This document shows positions 7,884 through 16,242 of a stretch of DNA of 64,000 nt, one piece after another. Both the position numbers and the translations under genes were made by a program. The notes beneath the pieces were generated by a model, which ran no database searches, was not told where the DNA came from, and saw only the letters and a program-made list of their open reading frames with translations. Position 1 is the stretch's first letter; each line of letters starts with the position of its first letter. This stretch comes from a virus: positions 1,581-65,580 of the IMG/VR virus record IMGVR_UViG_3300027861_000022; one strand, 5' to 3'.

Positions 7884-8138
7884 TTAAAAGTAATCTTTCA
7901 GAGTTTTAATCTCGCCGTACTCTTTCTGAAAGTTAGCTCGGTCTTCTTCATCCTCGAATCGGATGACTGAAACGTCTTCGCCGAGTGAGCCGGTTACGCC
8001 AAAGTGCTTGGGTGGGGAGTTATCCCCGCCCCGATCTTCTACGCAGTCTGGACACTCATTGATATATCCTCCGACGAGGCGCTTTTGGCGCGAGTTAACA
8101 TTGAATTCTATTTCACAGTGTTTACAAGTTTTAATCAT
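7884..8138 (-). CDS. Small zinc-ribbon protein
   Basis: CKHC...ECPDC. Confidence 0.7.
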   Translation of the reverse strand: MIKTCKHCEIEFNVNSRQKRLVGGYINECPDCVEDRGGDNSPPKHFGVTGSLGEDVSVIRFEDEEDRANFQKEYGEIKTLKDYF

Positions 8139-8165
8139 GATTTACCTTTATGGTTCTGGGTTAAA

Positions 8166-8241
8166 TGGTACGCTAGGGTGGATTTGAACCACCGACCAAT
8201 CGCATATAAGACGACTGCTCTCACCCCTGAGCTACTAGCGT
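8166..8241 (-). tRNA. tRNA-Ile(UAU)
   Basis: Full cloverleaf ACGCTAG/CTAGCGT, anticodon loop CT-TAT-AT, T loop TTCAAAT, encoded CCA. Confidence 0.9.
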
Positions 8242-8244
8242 GTA

Positions 8245-8296
8245 TGGTACTCGGAGAGGGATTTGAACCCTCAATCCCATCGGGCGACAGATTTTA
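8245..8296 (-). pseudogene. 3' half of tRNA-Leu(UAA); 5' half absent
   Basis: TAAAA-TCTGT, long variable arm, GAGGG-TTCAAAT-CCCTC, TCCGAGT-A-CCA; no matching 5' strand or D arm upstream. Confidence 0.7.
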
Positions 8297-8371
8297 CTTT
8301 GTAACAAACTATCCTCACTTGGTTCTTTCTGGATGGTTACCTTTTGTATCTTTATTCATTCTTCGCTCTCC

Positions 8372-8743
8372 TTAAATCGCCTTCATTTCTGAAAGAAGGT
8401 CTTCATAGTTCTCAATGTATCCTCCATTGGTTCTGCCATCCAGTCGGTTTAGTAGATTGATCGAGGATTCACCCGCCCACAAATCATCATCTTTCCATCC
8501 GAGAAACTCTTTCACTCCTGGGAATTCCTTGGTGATTTTGATAATGGTATCATCCAGATCACGGATCTCTTCTGCACTTCGCCTACACAGAGATTTCAGT
8601 CTGATTACCTCTTTTTGCAGATCTCGCTTTTGTTTTCGGAGTTTATCGATTTGAATGAATACGGTTTCGTCACTCATTTTCTTCTCCTTTCCCCCAACTT
8701 CCAAACTCTTCAATATATTCTCTTTGAAGTTCAGAGGGGTCAA
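8372..8743 (-). CDS. Hypothetical coiled-coil protein (true start likely 8677, MSDETV)
   Basis: GGAG RBS before the internal ATG; heptad-rich. Confidence 0.65.
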   Translation of the reverse strand: MTPLNFKENILKSLEVGGKEKKMSDETVFIQIDKLRKQKRDLQKEVIRLKSLCRRSAEEIRDLDDTIIKITKEFPGVKEFLGWKDDDLWAGESSINLLNRLDGRTNGGYIENYEDLLSEMKAI

Positions 8744-8900
8744 AATATGAAAGTTGGTCCTTGAACCACCGATATCGTTTATAAACCTCTTTCATCTTGT
8801 CAAAAGCAGGATAAGCAACATTTTCGTCCAAGCAACCTTCGTTAAAGGCAGCCCGCAACCCTTGTCTAATAGCATCAAATTCTTGTTCAGTGATTTTCAT
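8670..8900 (-). CDS. Hypothetical protein
   Basis: 76-aa ORF coupled to the next gene. Confidence 0.65.
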   Translation of the reverse strand: MKITEQEFDAIRQGLRAAFNEGCLDENVAYPAFDKMKEVYKRYRWFKDQLSYFDPSELQREYIEEFGSWGKGEENE

Positions 8901-8974
8901 TTTCTTCTACCTGCAACACAATAAACGTGGCGCGCTTCAGTTTATAGCAACCGCCTGTCTTTAGGTCTTCAAGT

Positions 8975-9193
8975 TCAAGCTTCATGTTTCACCAAATCGC
9001 AGGTGCGTAATCCAGTCCTATCGCCAGCGGTCCATGATTCATGAGAGGAGAAGACGATATACGAATTCCAGATTCGATGCTTGACAACGAGATAGTCAGT
9101 GTCCAGTCCAACCCCAAGGAGGATGACCGTACTTCCCTCAAGTCCGCCACGAAGAACGGTTCTTAATTGTCCTGCTTTAAGCTCGTCTTTCAT
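8975..9193 (-). CDS. Small KOW-like protein
   Basis: LKAGQLRTVLRGGLEG. Confidence 0.6.
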   Translation of the reverse strand: MKDELKAGQLRTVLRGGLEGSTVILLGVGLDTDYLVVKHRIWNSYIVFSSHESWTAGDRTGLRTCDLVKHEA

Positions 9194-9462
9194 ACCACCT
9201 CCAATGCGAAATCCTGAATGCTCTTTAAATTAAAAACGAATTCGACCGGTCGGTTTTGTCCAAAGCGCTGCAGTGCATTGTGGCTATCATATATTTGATA
9301 CATCTTAAACGCTCGGGCGCCCTGCCATCTTGCCGAGCACGATTCGGCGCCGGGCATTTCCTCCAACAATATCCACAAAGATTCAACGCGCTCCTGCGTT
9401 GAATACAATTTTACGGAATATCTTAACATTTGCCCTGGCTTTAAGCTATTGATATCTAGCAT
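9190..9462 (-). CDS. Hypothetical protein, paralog of 9552..9830
   Basis: MLDINSLKPGQMLRY...ESLWILLEE. Confidence 0.75.
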   Translation of the reverse strand: MLDINSLKPGQMLRYSVKLYSTQERVESLWILLEEMPGAESCSARWQGARAFKMYQIYDSHNALQRFGQNRPVEFVFNLKSIQDFALEVV

Positions 9463-9488
9463 GGCACAACTCTCTTTTGTATACCTAC

Positions 9489-9544
9489 ATTATACACGCT
9501 TTTAGAGAGAAAGTAAAGAACTAAATTGTCAAGAGAATGTCAAG
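9489..9544 (-). promoter_or_regulatory. Early promoter cassette 8
   Basis: TATAAT 9489-9494, TTTACT 9512-9517, motif 9526-9544. Confidence 0.85.
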
Positions 9545-9551
9545 TCGTCTT

Positions 9552-9830
9552 TCATTTGACCTCCAGCGTGAAGCTGCTGGAATTATGCGGACCAAAACAA
9601 TAACTGACATTACAGTTGGTGTCGATGGAGTTTCTGCTATCGTATAGATGATATAGTTTAAACGTTCGGCGTTCGCCAGATTCGATTTGCTGCTGATGGA
9701 GCAGAACATCGCCGGCTGGGTGTTCCTCTTCCTCCAGCAATATCCATAAAGATTCTATCTTAGGTTCATTGTTGAATCCGGCAGAATATTTAATTATCTG
9801 TCCGGGTTTGAGATTTTTAACGTCTAGCAT
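9552..9830 (-). CDS. Hypothetical protein, paralog of 9190..9462
   Basis: MLDVKNLKPGQIIKY...ESLWILLEE. Confidence 0.75.
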   Translation of the reverse strand: MLDVKNLKPGQIIKYSAGFNNEPKIESLWILLEEEEHPAGDVLLHQQQIESGERRTFKLYHLYDSRNSIDTNCNVSYCFGPHNSSSFTLEVK

Positions 9831-9856
9831 GATACAGTCCTCTTTTCTATACCTAT

Positions 9857-9912
9857 ATTATACAGTATTTTCAGGTCTGTGTCAATGATTAAATTGTCAA
9901 GAGAATGTCAAG
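9857..9912 (-). promoter_or_regulatory. Early promoter cassette 9
   Basis: TATAAT 9857-9862, TTGACA 9880-9885, motif 9894-9912. Confidence 0.88.
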
Positions 9913-10072
9913 AACTTTTATTTATAATTTGATGATGCTTGTTCAGAAAAATAATAAAATCAACCAGAGCATCACTAACCTCTTTCTTATAAAAAAGAGT
10001 CGCTATATGGTCTGCCCTCCTCTTTTCTTCCCTTAGAAGCTGGAGAATCAAGGCTTGCGTTTCATATTGCAT
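9908..10072 (-). CDS. Small hypothetical protein (54 aa, below ORF-track cutoff)
   Basis: Manual translation MQYETQALILQLLREEKRR...; fills the gap and overlaps the upstream stop. Confidence 0.45.
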   Translation of the reverse strand: MQYETQALILQLLREEKRRADHIATLFYKKEVSDALVDFIIFLNKHHQIINKSS

Positions 10073-10457
10073 AAATTACCCCATGAGGTGTGAAGTAATC
10101 CATAGAATATTCGTCAGTTATATAGCCTCGAATGGCGCTCATCGTTCGCGTCTCTGGTTGCCTCCAGGTGGCTGGGCGAAAGACAGCGCCGTCTTTTCGG
10201 CGTATAAACGCATAAACCGTCGACGAGGCACCTCCCCAATCATTTCTATTTTCAAGAATAAGTTTAAAATAAACTCGGCCTTTCGAAAATGTCACGACCG
10301 GAGGGCGCAATTCTGTCAAAAAAGACTTTCCAACTATTTTCACATGAGCGGTCGGATAATATTTTTCGTAATTTAAATCAACCCTTTCCTGAATTTTCAG
10401 CAGCAGAGCCGCAAGGGCATGCTCGATTTCAAGCTCGGAATAATTTGTGTCTTCCAT
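10062..10457 (-). CDS. Conserved T4-like phage hypothetical protein
   Basis: KGRVYFKL...VYAFI...GAVFRPATW..P motif; TTGACA-N17-TATTAT promoter at 10497-10525. Confidence 0.7.
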   Translation of the reverse strand: MEDTNYSELEIEHALAALLLKIQERVDLNYEKYYPTAHVKIVGKSFLTELRPPVVTFSKGRVYFKLILENRNDWGGASSTVYAFIRRKDGAVFRPATWRQPETRTMSAIRGYITDEYSMDYFTPHGVIYAI

Positions 10458-10533
10458 TGTACAAACTCCTTGAACAAATTTATTATATTATACTATATAA
10501 TATCACTTTTTTACCCATTTGTCAAGTAATTTC

Positions 10534-10830
10534 TTAAATTTCTGCTGGCTCCGTGACGCGAACAAGCTCGGGAAATACCGGCACGTCCGAGGCAGATTGA
10601 CGAATAACAACCACCTTTTGAGCGTAAAATGAGAATAAAGTAATTTTCCTTGTCACAAAAGTAGCGTAATCGAGTCCAGTCAAATCGTCATACGAGCAAT
10701 AGGGATAATCCATATAACCTATTTGCGCAAATTCCTCACACTCAATAACGAGTCCATAATAATATTCCACATCAGCTACGAACGCTTTCCACCTTACAAT
10801 ATCTCCGCGTTTGAAAGATGGGGCTGACAT
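10534..10830 (-). CDS. Small FKxGD-family protein
   Basis: FKRGDIVRW..GLVIE. Confidence 0.65.
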   Translation of the reverse strand: MSAPSFKRGDIVRWKAFVADVEYYYGLVIECEEFAQIGYMDYPYCSYDDLTGLDYATFVTRKITLFSFYAQKVVVIRQSASDVPVFPELVRVTEPAEI

Positions 10831-10831
10831 T

Positions 10832-11788
10832 TCATCGTTTTTTCCTTGTGGCCTCGTTTATCGACATCATTTCATCGTAAGCTTCCCTCTTGAGGTCGGA
10901 CATCTTCTCAAGCTCGCCGCCGTTTCTCAAGGCTTTGAAAACTAAGTTCTCAACTGAAAATTCACCGCCTGTCTCTAATCCCGACTGTCTATAATTTCTT
11001 ATCTTTGCTTTTAATCTGTCAGTGTCTCCGTAGACTTCCTCATACTTTTGTTCTTTCTGAAGTTTCTCAATCATCTTTATCGTGTCTTGGATTGATTTAT
11101 ACTTTTGCTTTATCGCGTCTTCACTTACTTCGAACTCTGCTGGCTCTGGACGGATTAGCCAATCGCTGTCCATAATGGAGTAAACACCAGTTGAATGGTG
11201 AGGTTCGTTAATATTCTGGACATAAAGCTCAACTTCGTGACCTGCGATGATGATCTCGTGGTTGCGATTCCAATTTGTTTTCGCTTCGGCTAAATACTTT
11301 TCCACAAGCTCTACGTTTTCATCTACTGCTGAATAATCTATCACGATATGCGCGTCTAAATCTGATTTCTCGGTCCAATTATAGTTTGCCATGGAGCCGG
11401 TCAAGGTAATATTTAGAACTGGTGCCGGTAAATCCAGCTTTTTATAAAAGTCTTCGGCAATTCTTAATAGTTTTTCAGCGATCTCTGGTTTTAGTTTGTC
11501 ATCCTTTCCCCAGATTTCTCTGTTCAAATCTTCTTTAATCTCTGGAACTAAATCTGTTGACTCTTCCATCGCACCTAGACCGGATTTACCCAGCGGTGGG
11601 GCCGCGTTTGTATATGGAGCCGTATTTGGTTGGCCCCCTTTGGACGACATCGCCAAACCTTTCTTCCATTGTTTCCTGTATTTTCCCTGCACTGTCTGTG
11701 TAGTTTTCATTTCTTTTAAGATGCTCTGGTATTCTTCCCATTCTTCAAGCATTGTTGATTTCCTCAAGGTCCGCCAGTGGGCCGACAA
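10832..11788 (-). CDS. DNA polymerase beta-superfamily nucleotidyltransferase (start likely 11752)
   Basis: LTGSMANYNW...SDLDAH (GS..DxD) and ELYVQ third acidic residue. Confidence 0.8.
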   Translation of the reverse strand: MSAHWRTLRKSTMLEEWEEYQSILKEMKTTQTVQGKYRKQWKKGLAMSSKGGQPNTAPYTNAAPPLGKSGLGAMEESTDLVPEIKEDLNREIWGKDDKLKPEIAEKLLRIAEDFYKKLDLPAPVLNITLTGSMANYNWTEKSDLDAHIVIDYSAVDENVELVEKYLAEAKTNWNRNHEIIIAGHEVELYVQNINEPHHSTGVYSIMDSDWLIRPEPAEFEVSEDAIKQKYKSIQDTIKMIEKLQKEQKYEEVYGDTDRLKAKIRNYRQSGLETGGEFSVENLVFKALRNGGELEKMSDLKREAYDEMMSINEATRKKR

Positions 11789-12062
11789 CTGTGTCGCCGC
11801 CTACGTCAATTTCGCTCGGCTTTACTTTTAGCATGCTTTCCAGTTTTGCGACTCTTGTCATCAGCTTTTCCATCTTGAACATCAGGTCTTGAATATTCGG
11901 ATCTGCCCGTTGAGGTTCGGGCTCAACTTCCGCAGCGGGAGTTGGCACTGTCTGTGAGTGTCGCAGAAGCGGCATAGGGCTAAGACCACTATCGTCGTCC
12001 TCCGTCATTTTTCTCATCTCTTCTTTGATAATCTGAATTATCCTAGATTTCTTAATATTCAT
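11745..12062 (-). CDS. Hypothetical late protein
   Basis: MNIKKSRIIQIIKEE N-terminus; ACTAATTA motif upstream. Confidence 0.7.
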   Translation of the reverse strand: MNIKKSRIIQIIKEEMRKMTEDDDSGLSPMPLLRHSQTVPTPAAEVEPEPQRADPNIQDLMFKMEKLMTRVAKLESMLKVKPSEIDVGGDTVVGPLADLEEINNA

Positions 12063-12082
12063 AGCATTTTCTCCACTTATAA

Positions 12083-12418
12083 TTAGTTTCCATAATGGTC
12101 TTGTTCCCCATCTTGATAAGTTATAATTGTTTTATTACCTGGGTGCGGTTCGATATGAACTTTGATAAAGTCTGTCATAGAATCAAAGATGGCGATACCT
12201 CCCCTTGGTGGCGGGTAAAGCCAGTGGACTATACATTGGCCCGTGCCGAGGACTACCCCCTCAATGATAACTCCCTCGCCAGAAACTCCCGTTTCGTCGA
12301 GTTGCCGACAAACAGTAAAGGATCTGATTCCTCGTGGTGCCAGCTTGGATGGCGGTTTTGGCTTGAGGTCTTCCGTGTCTTCATCTTCACCAGAAAAAAT
12401 TTCTTCTAAATCATCCAA
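12083..12418 (-). CDS. Conserved phage hypothetical protein
   Basis: DETGVSGEGVIIEGV...HW motif. Confidence 0.7.
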   Translation of the reverse strand: MDDLEEIFSGEDEDTEDLKPKPPSKLAPRGIRSFTVCRQLDETGVSGEGVIIEGVVLGTGQCIVHWLYPPPRGGIAIFDSMTDFIKVHIEPHPGNKTIITYQDGEQDHYGN

Positions 12419-13139
12419 ATGTCTTTCTCCTCAAATAATCGCTAATAATATCTTGTGTTTGAAGATAATCAGTTACAGAATGAACATTATCACTTTTATT
12501 TAGTGAAATTACCACGCTGTAATCATTACCGTCCTCGCCAGTCTTGTCCCCAAAGAAACAAATTTTGCCGGTGGGGTGCCGCTCTCTTAAATAGCCTACT
12601 GACTGCCGCTTATCGCAGCCATCTGGATAAATATCAATGGAAATTTCACCACCTATCTTCGCGTCAATCCCTGGAAAGTGAGCCATTAAAGTAACGACGA
12701 GTTTTTTCCTTTCGAGGCTGTATTGATCCCACTTGTAATATTCTTCTCGTTCTTCCTGGGATGCGTTGCGACCTACGACGCTAAAGTTAATCATGCCTGG
12801 GCGATGCTCCAGATGATTTCCAGTCTTTATCCTGTAATCAGATTTTTCAAGAAAACGTTTTAAGAATACCATTAATTCTTCTGGAACCTCCAACTCATTT
12901 TTATAAATAAGCTCATCGCCTATATCAAGCTGGTTTGCGGAACTGCTAAAAACGCCGTGGCAATCACTCAAAATATCTTGTGGCACCTGTTCTTTAAGTT
13001 TTGCTAGGTCGCTTCCCGAGACTAGATAAACAGTGTGATTTCTAACGAGATACCTAAAGAGGTCAGCAAAGTCTTTTTTCATCGGTTGTCTTGGTTCGGT
13101 AAGGGTGCCGTCGACATCGAACAAATATATGTTTTCCAT
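12411..13139 (-). CDS. Eukaryotic-type phosphomannomutase (HAD superfamily)
   Basis: FDVDGTLT, SGSDL, RPGMINFS..GRNAS.EER, GGEISIDI, FFGDK...GNDY. Confidence 0.88.
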   Translation of the reverse strand: MENIYLFDVDGTLTEPRQPMKKDFADLFRYLVRNHTVYLVSGSDLAKLKEQVPQDILSDCHGVFSSSANQLDIGDELIYKNELEVPEELMVFLKRFLEKSDYRIKTGNHLEHRPGMINFSVVGRNASQEEREEYYKWDQYSLERKKLVVTLMAHFPGIDAKIGGEISIDIYPDGCDKRQSVGYLRERHPTGKICFFGDKTGEDGNDYSVVISLNKSDNVHSVTDYLQTQDIISDYLRRKTFG

Positions 13140-13147
13140 TGAAATTC

Positions 13148-13438
13148 CTATGCTTCGCCGATCGGCTTAAAGTCTTTCATCATTTCATCGGCGAGAGTCT
13201 CTTGTAATTCTTCCATCAAAAGTCTCATTGTGCTTGCATGCTCGGATATATCAGACTTCTTAATTTCGTCTAGCATATCCCACAGAGAGGCGTTCTCGTC
13301 TTTTAGCTCTTCGTTTTCTTTCGCGGTTTTATCGAGCTGCTGTTCCAGAAGTAAGATTTCCTGAATCAGGAGCTTTTCTCTATACCTCGGGACATATCCA
13401 AAAAATTTCAAAATGAAATCAAAAGTTTTGTGTAACAT
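13148..13438 (-). CDS. Coiled-coil hypothetical protein
   Basis: 96-aa ORF; ACTATTTA motif and TTGACA-N17-TATAAT (13474-13502) upstream. Confidence 0.7.
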   Translation of the reverse strand: MLHKTFDFILKFFGYVPRYREKLLIQEILLLEQQLDKTAKENEELKDENASLWDMLDEIKKSDISEHASTMRLLMEELQETLADEMMKDFKPIGEA

Positions 13439-13498
13439 AGTTAATCCTGTTTATAATAAATAGTTCTTATATTATTATAACTCATGATTATTACTTTG

Positions 13499-14518
13499 TC
13501 AAGGGCTTGCTGAAGAATTATTTACGCCTAGTTCAACTGTGTGATTTTTTATATAAGAATACTCTTTTACCTCGTAGCCAATCTCAACGTGGACTCCCTC
13601 ATCTGGGAGAATATCAAAGTATACTTTATTGCTTGCTTCATCAAAATGCCAATCGCTGTATATGCTTCCATCAGCGAAGACAACTACAGTATCCGTATAA
13701 GGAATATGTGTGAGTCTGTAATCTTCATATGGTTCAATTTCGTTGGTTGCTTCCTCAACTGCGGTTGCCCAATCGTCCTCGCAGATGTCGATGACGTTTC
13801 CAGAGAAATAATCTGTCGCCTCCATGTACCTTACGCCGATGTTGCTCACATATGGTGGCGATGCACAAACTGAATCAGCCGCGTTTACGTTGACAATCGA
13901 TGCCACGTAAACACTTTGTCTGCGGTTCTCATACCAAGTCGTAAATTCGCTTACTGTCATCGTCGACTGTTCCTCTTCGTCGGAGACGAATACTATCAGC
14001 ATTGAGGCATCTGGTCGCATCCAAGTTTGCGCGTATGCGTCGGTTGAAACGTAGTTCTTGGCCGCATCAAATCCCTTTTCGTAACCATCAGCAGGGAGCG
14101 CGTTTAACATATCAAGTGCGTCGGTGGCGGTGTCGCCTCTGGTCAGAGGAAACGTGGTGGGTTGAACTATATAAGAACTGCCGCCGGCTGTGATCATCTT
14201 CAAGCGCCAATTGACATCCGTTGGAAGAACGCTCATCATGGCCTGAACGCCGTCAATCAAGCTATCATTGTGAACGCTCATTGAACAAGACTTGTCAATG
14301 ACCCACAGAATGTCTATTTCATCGAAGGCACCCACTTGATCAAAAGAGTCAATCCAAATCTCGGCGTCGGGTTCAACTTCAACTTCAATATATTCTATGA
14401 TCGTTTCTTTCTCTCCTTCTCCTCCGCCGTGTATAACATAATCAATGTTCGTCGTGCAGGAAGACATCATCAGCGCGCCGCAAACGGCGATAATGGATTT
14501 AAATTTAAAAGCCCACAT
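13499..14518 (-). CDS. vWA-domain lipoprotein
   Basis: Lipobox-like ALMMSSC; DILWVIDKSCSM MIDAS, IVFVSDEEEQS. Confidence 0.78.
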   Translation of the reverse strand: MWAFKFKSIIAVCGALMMSSCTTNIDYVIHGGGEGEKETIIEYIEVEVEPDAEIWIDSFDQVGAFDEIDILWVIDKSCSMSVHNDSLIDGVQAMMSVLPTDVNWRLKMITAGGSSYIVQPTTFPLTRGDTATDALDMLNALPADGYEKGFDAAKNYVSTDAYAQTWMRPDASMLIVFVSDEEEQSTMTVSEFTTWYENRRQSVYVASIVNVNAADSVCASPPYVSNIGVRYMEATDYFSGNVIDICEDDWATAVEEATNEIEPYEDYRLTHIPYTDTVVVFADGSIYSDWHFDEASNKVYFDILPDEGVHVEIGYEVKEYSYIKNHTVELGVNNSSASP

Positions 14519-15356
14519 TGGTTGTTCCCTCCAGTTTGTCTAAGTTTTGCCTCAAGTAAACAGTGTCAATCAAATTGGCTGGCGCCACATAAACGACGGC
14601 CCCTATCAATTGCCCCCCTGCGGGGCTTGGCCCAATCATAATGGAAACCAGGACTCCGACGAACCTGCCGTCAGTATCGAAGACGCCAGACCCGCTGGAG
14701 CCTCCCCAAGCGAAAGAGTACATGGCGAGGTCGGCACCAAATCCTGATCCGCTTATCTTGCCCGGAATAGTTAATAAGCTATTCGCACCGGGGAAGCCTG
14801 AATATACAACTTCGCAGCCAACCTCGTAGGATGGCGTTCGTTTGAATTTTGCTGGTGTGCGGCTGTCTAGTGTCGGCACTTTAAAGACTGCAATGTCTGT
14901 TATTCTGTCAATATAAACCAGAGTTCCAATTACTTTCTCACGAGGAGTGATAATCATAGCCTCGCTTATAAGAGGGGTTGCGGGACCAAGCGCGTATAAG
15001 TGCGCGGCGGTCACCACAATCGTGTGGCCCTTAAATTTGAAGTAAGTTCCAGTACCTCGAATGGAACCCTCTGGGTATCTTATCCTAATCTGAACTGCCG
15101 AGTTACGCGAGATGCGTTCTGCATAACTCTTCGCCGACTGGGAGTTTACTTTGTAAGATAGATAGCTGTAATCTACCTCGTTTCCTGCTGATAATGCGAT
15201 CTCTGACGAGCGCGCTGCGTCTCCCGGTAGCGTAAGCATCGCCGCGAAACACATAAAAATTACTAACTTATTTAACACCTTCCTTGCTTTTTTCATTGCT
15301 TTAGTTTCCCCGTAGATCAAGACATCTACATAAGTAACTATCAGTGTTGCGAGCAA
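14505..15356 (-). CDS. Secreted trypsin-like serine protease (start likely 15296)
   Basis: Signal peptide; TAAH, DIAV, GGSSGSG catalytic triad motifs. Confidence 0.85.
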   Translation of the reverse strand: MLATLIVTYVDVLIYGETKAMKKARKVLNKLVIFMCFAAMLTLPGDAARSSEIALSAGNEVDYSYLSYKVNSQSAKSYAERISRNSAVQIRIRYPEGSIRGTGTYFKFKGHTIVVTAAHLYALGPATPLISEAMIITPREKVIGTLVYIDRITDIAVFKVPTLDSRTPAKFKRTPSYEVGCEVVYSGFPGANSLLTIPGKISGSGFGADLAMYSFAWGGSSGSGVFDTDGRFVGVLVSIMIGPSPAGGQLIGAVVYVAPANLIDTVYLRQNLDKLEGTTNVGF

Positions 15357-15497
15357 AAGAAGTATTATTTTATATTTCTGGAAGTCCCTCTATTTCTTCT
15401 TCCGATAGGATTTCTGGTCTTACTTTTATCTGGTCTTCTACTTTCTTTTTTGTACAAGCCGGCAAACATAGCGCCAAAATTAATATAGCTGTCTTAA

Positions 15498-15866
15498 TCA
15501 TCCCCCTACCTGCTCTGGTTTAGATATTATTCTGATAACGGTGCAGCCGGGGATCTCTTTGCTCCTAATAACTGGAAGAAGATGATCTCCAATGAAGGTT
15601 TTTGGACCCGTTAAATCTGACTGTGGGTGGAACTTAATTCGGATACGACTTAGATAGGAAGAGGTATTTTTTCTATACAAAGAGTCAAGAGCGGTTACGA
15701 CAGTTACGCCGCCGACAGAACGAATGTCCTGTAATGTCTCCTCAACCCCGAACTCTGCTTGAATCTTTAAGAGAAGCTCCACTTGGAATATTCTTAATTT
15801 ATATTTCTCTTCGTGAAGAAGATCTAATTTCTCCTCGATGGCACGATCTATTTTTGTGAAAGTCAT
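15498..15866 (-). CDS. Hypothetical late protein
   Basis: GAGG RBS; ACTATTTA motif at 15882-15889. Confidence 0.7.
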   Translation of the reverse strand: MTFTKIDRAIEEKLDLLHEEKYKLRIFQVELLLKIQAEFGVEETLQDIRSVGGVTVVTALDSLYRKNTSSYLSRIRIKFHPQSDLTGPKTFIGDHLLPVIRSKEIPGCTVIRIISKPEQVGG

Positions 15867-15894
15867 TTGTTTTCCTCACAATAAATAGTTCTTT

Positions 15895-16242
15895 TTATTT
15901 CCAAAATACCTGAATACCAACGATAGCGAAGGATAAAATTACACATATTAAAGTTTTAGGAGCCAGTATGCTCTCGCCAAAGTAATAGTAAGTTAAAAAA
16001 GGGAAAACCAAGTAAGAAAGTCCGAAACCTAAGAGGCGCGGACCCCATGCTTCACCCATTTCTTCTACTGCAAACTTCATTCCAAATATAAATAAGTAAC
16101 TTGTAGGGACAGCGAATATCAGGGGAATAAAAATGATGTTATCTTTGCACCATACCCAAATAAACTGGGAGTATGTAGCATACCACGCGACGACGTGGCC
16201 GATTAAGATCAAGGAGCAAGCAAGATAGAGCTTAGGAGTCAT
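15895..16242 (-). CDS. Small multi-pass membrane protein (DMT/SMR-like)
   Basis: Four hydrophobic segments in 115 aa. Confidence 0.65.
   Translation of the reverse strand: MTPKLYLACSLILIGHVVAWYATYSQFIWVWCKDNIIFIPLIFAVPTSYLFIFGMKFAVEEMGEAWGPRLLGFGLSYLVFPFLTYYYFGESILAPKTLICVILSFAIVGIQVFWK

Noticed and set aside
8245-9000. Group I intron in tRNA-Leu
   Set aside because: No 5' exon and no P7 core were found; the upstream region is occupied by ordinary ORFs.
1040-9912. Recurrent 19-bp motif read as a CRISPR array
   Set aside because: Copies are 0.4-1.7 kb apart, separated by genes and fixed to -35/-10 boxes; no cas genes are present.
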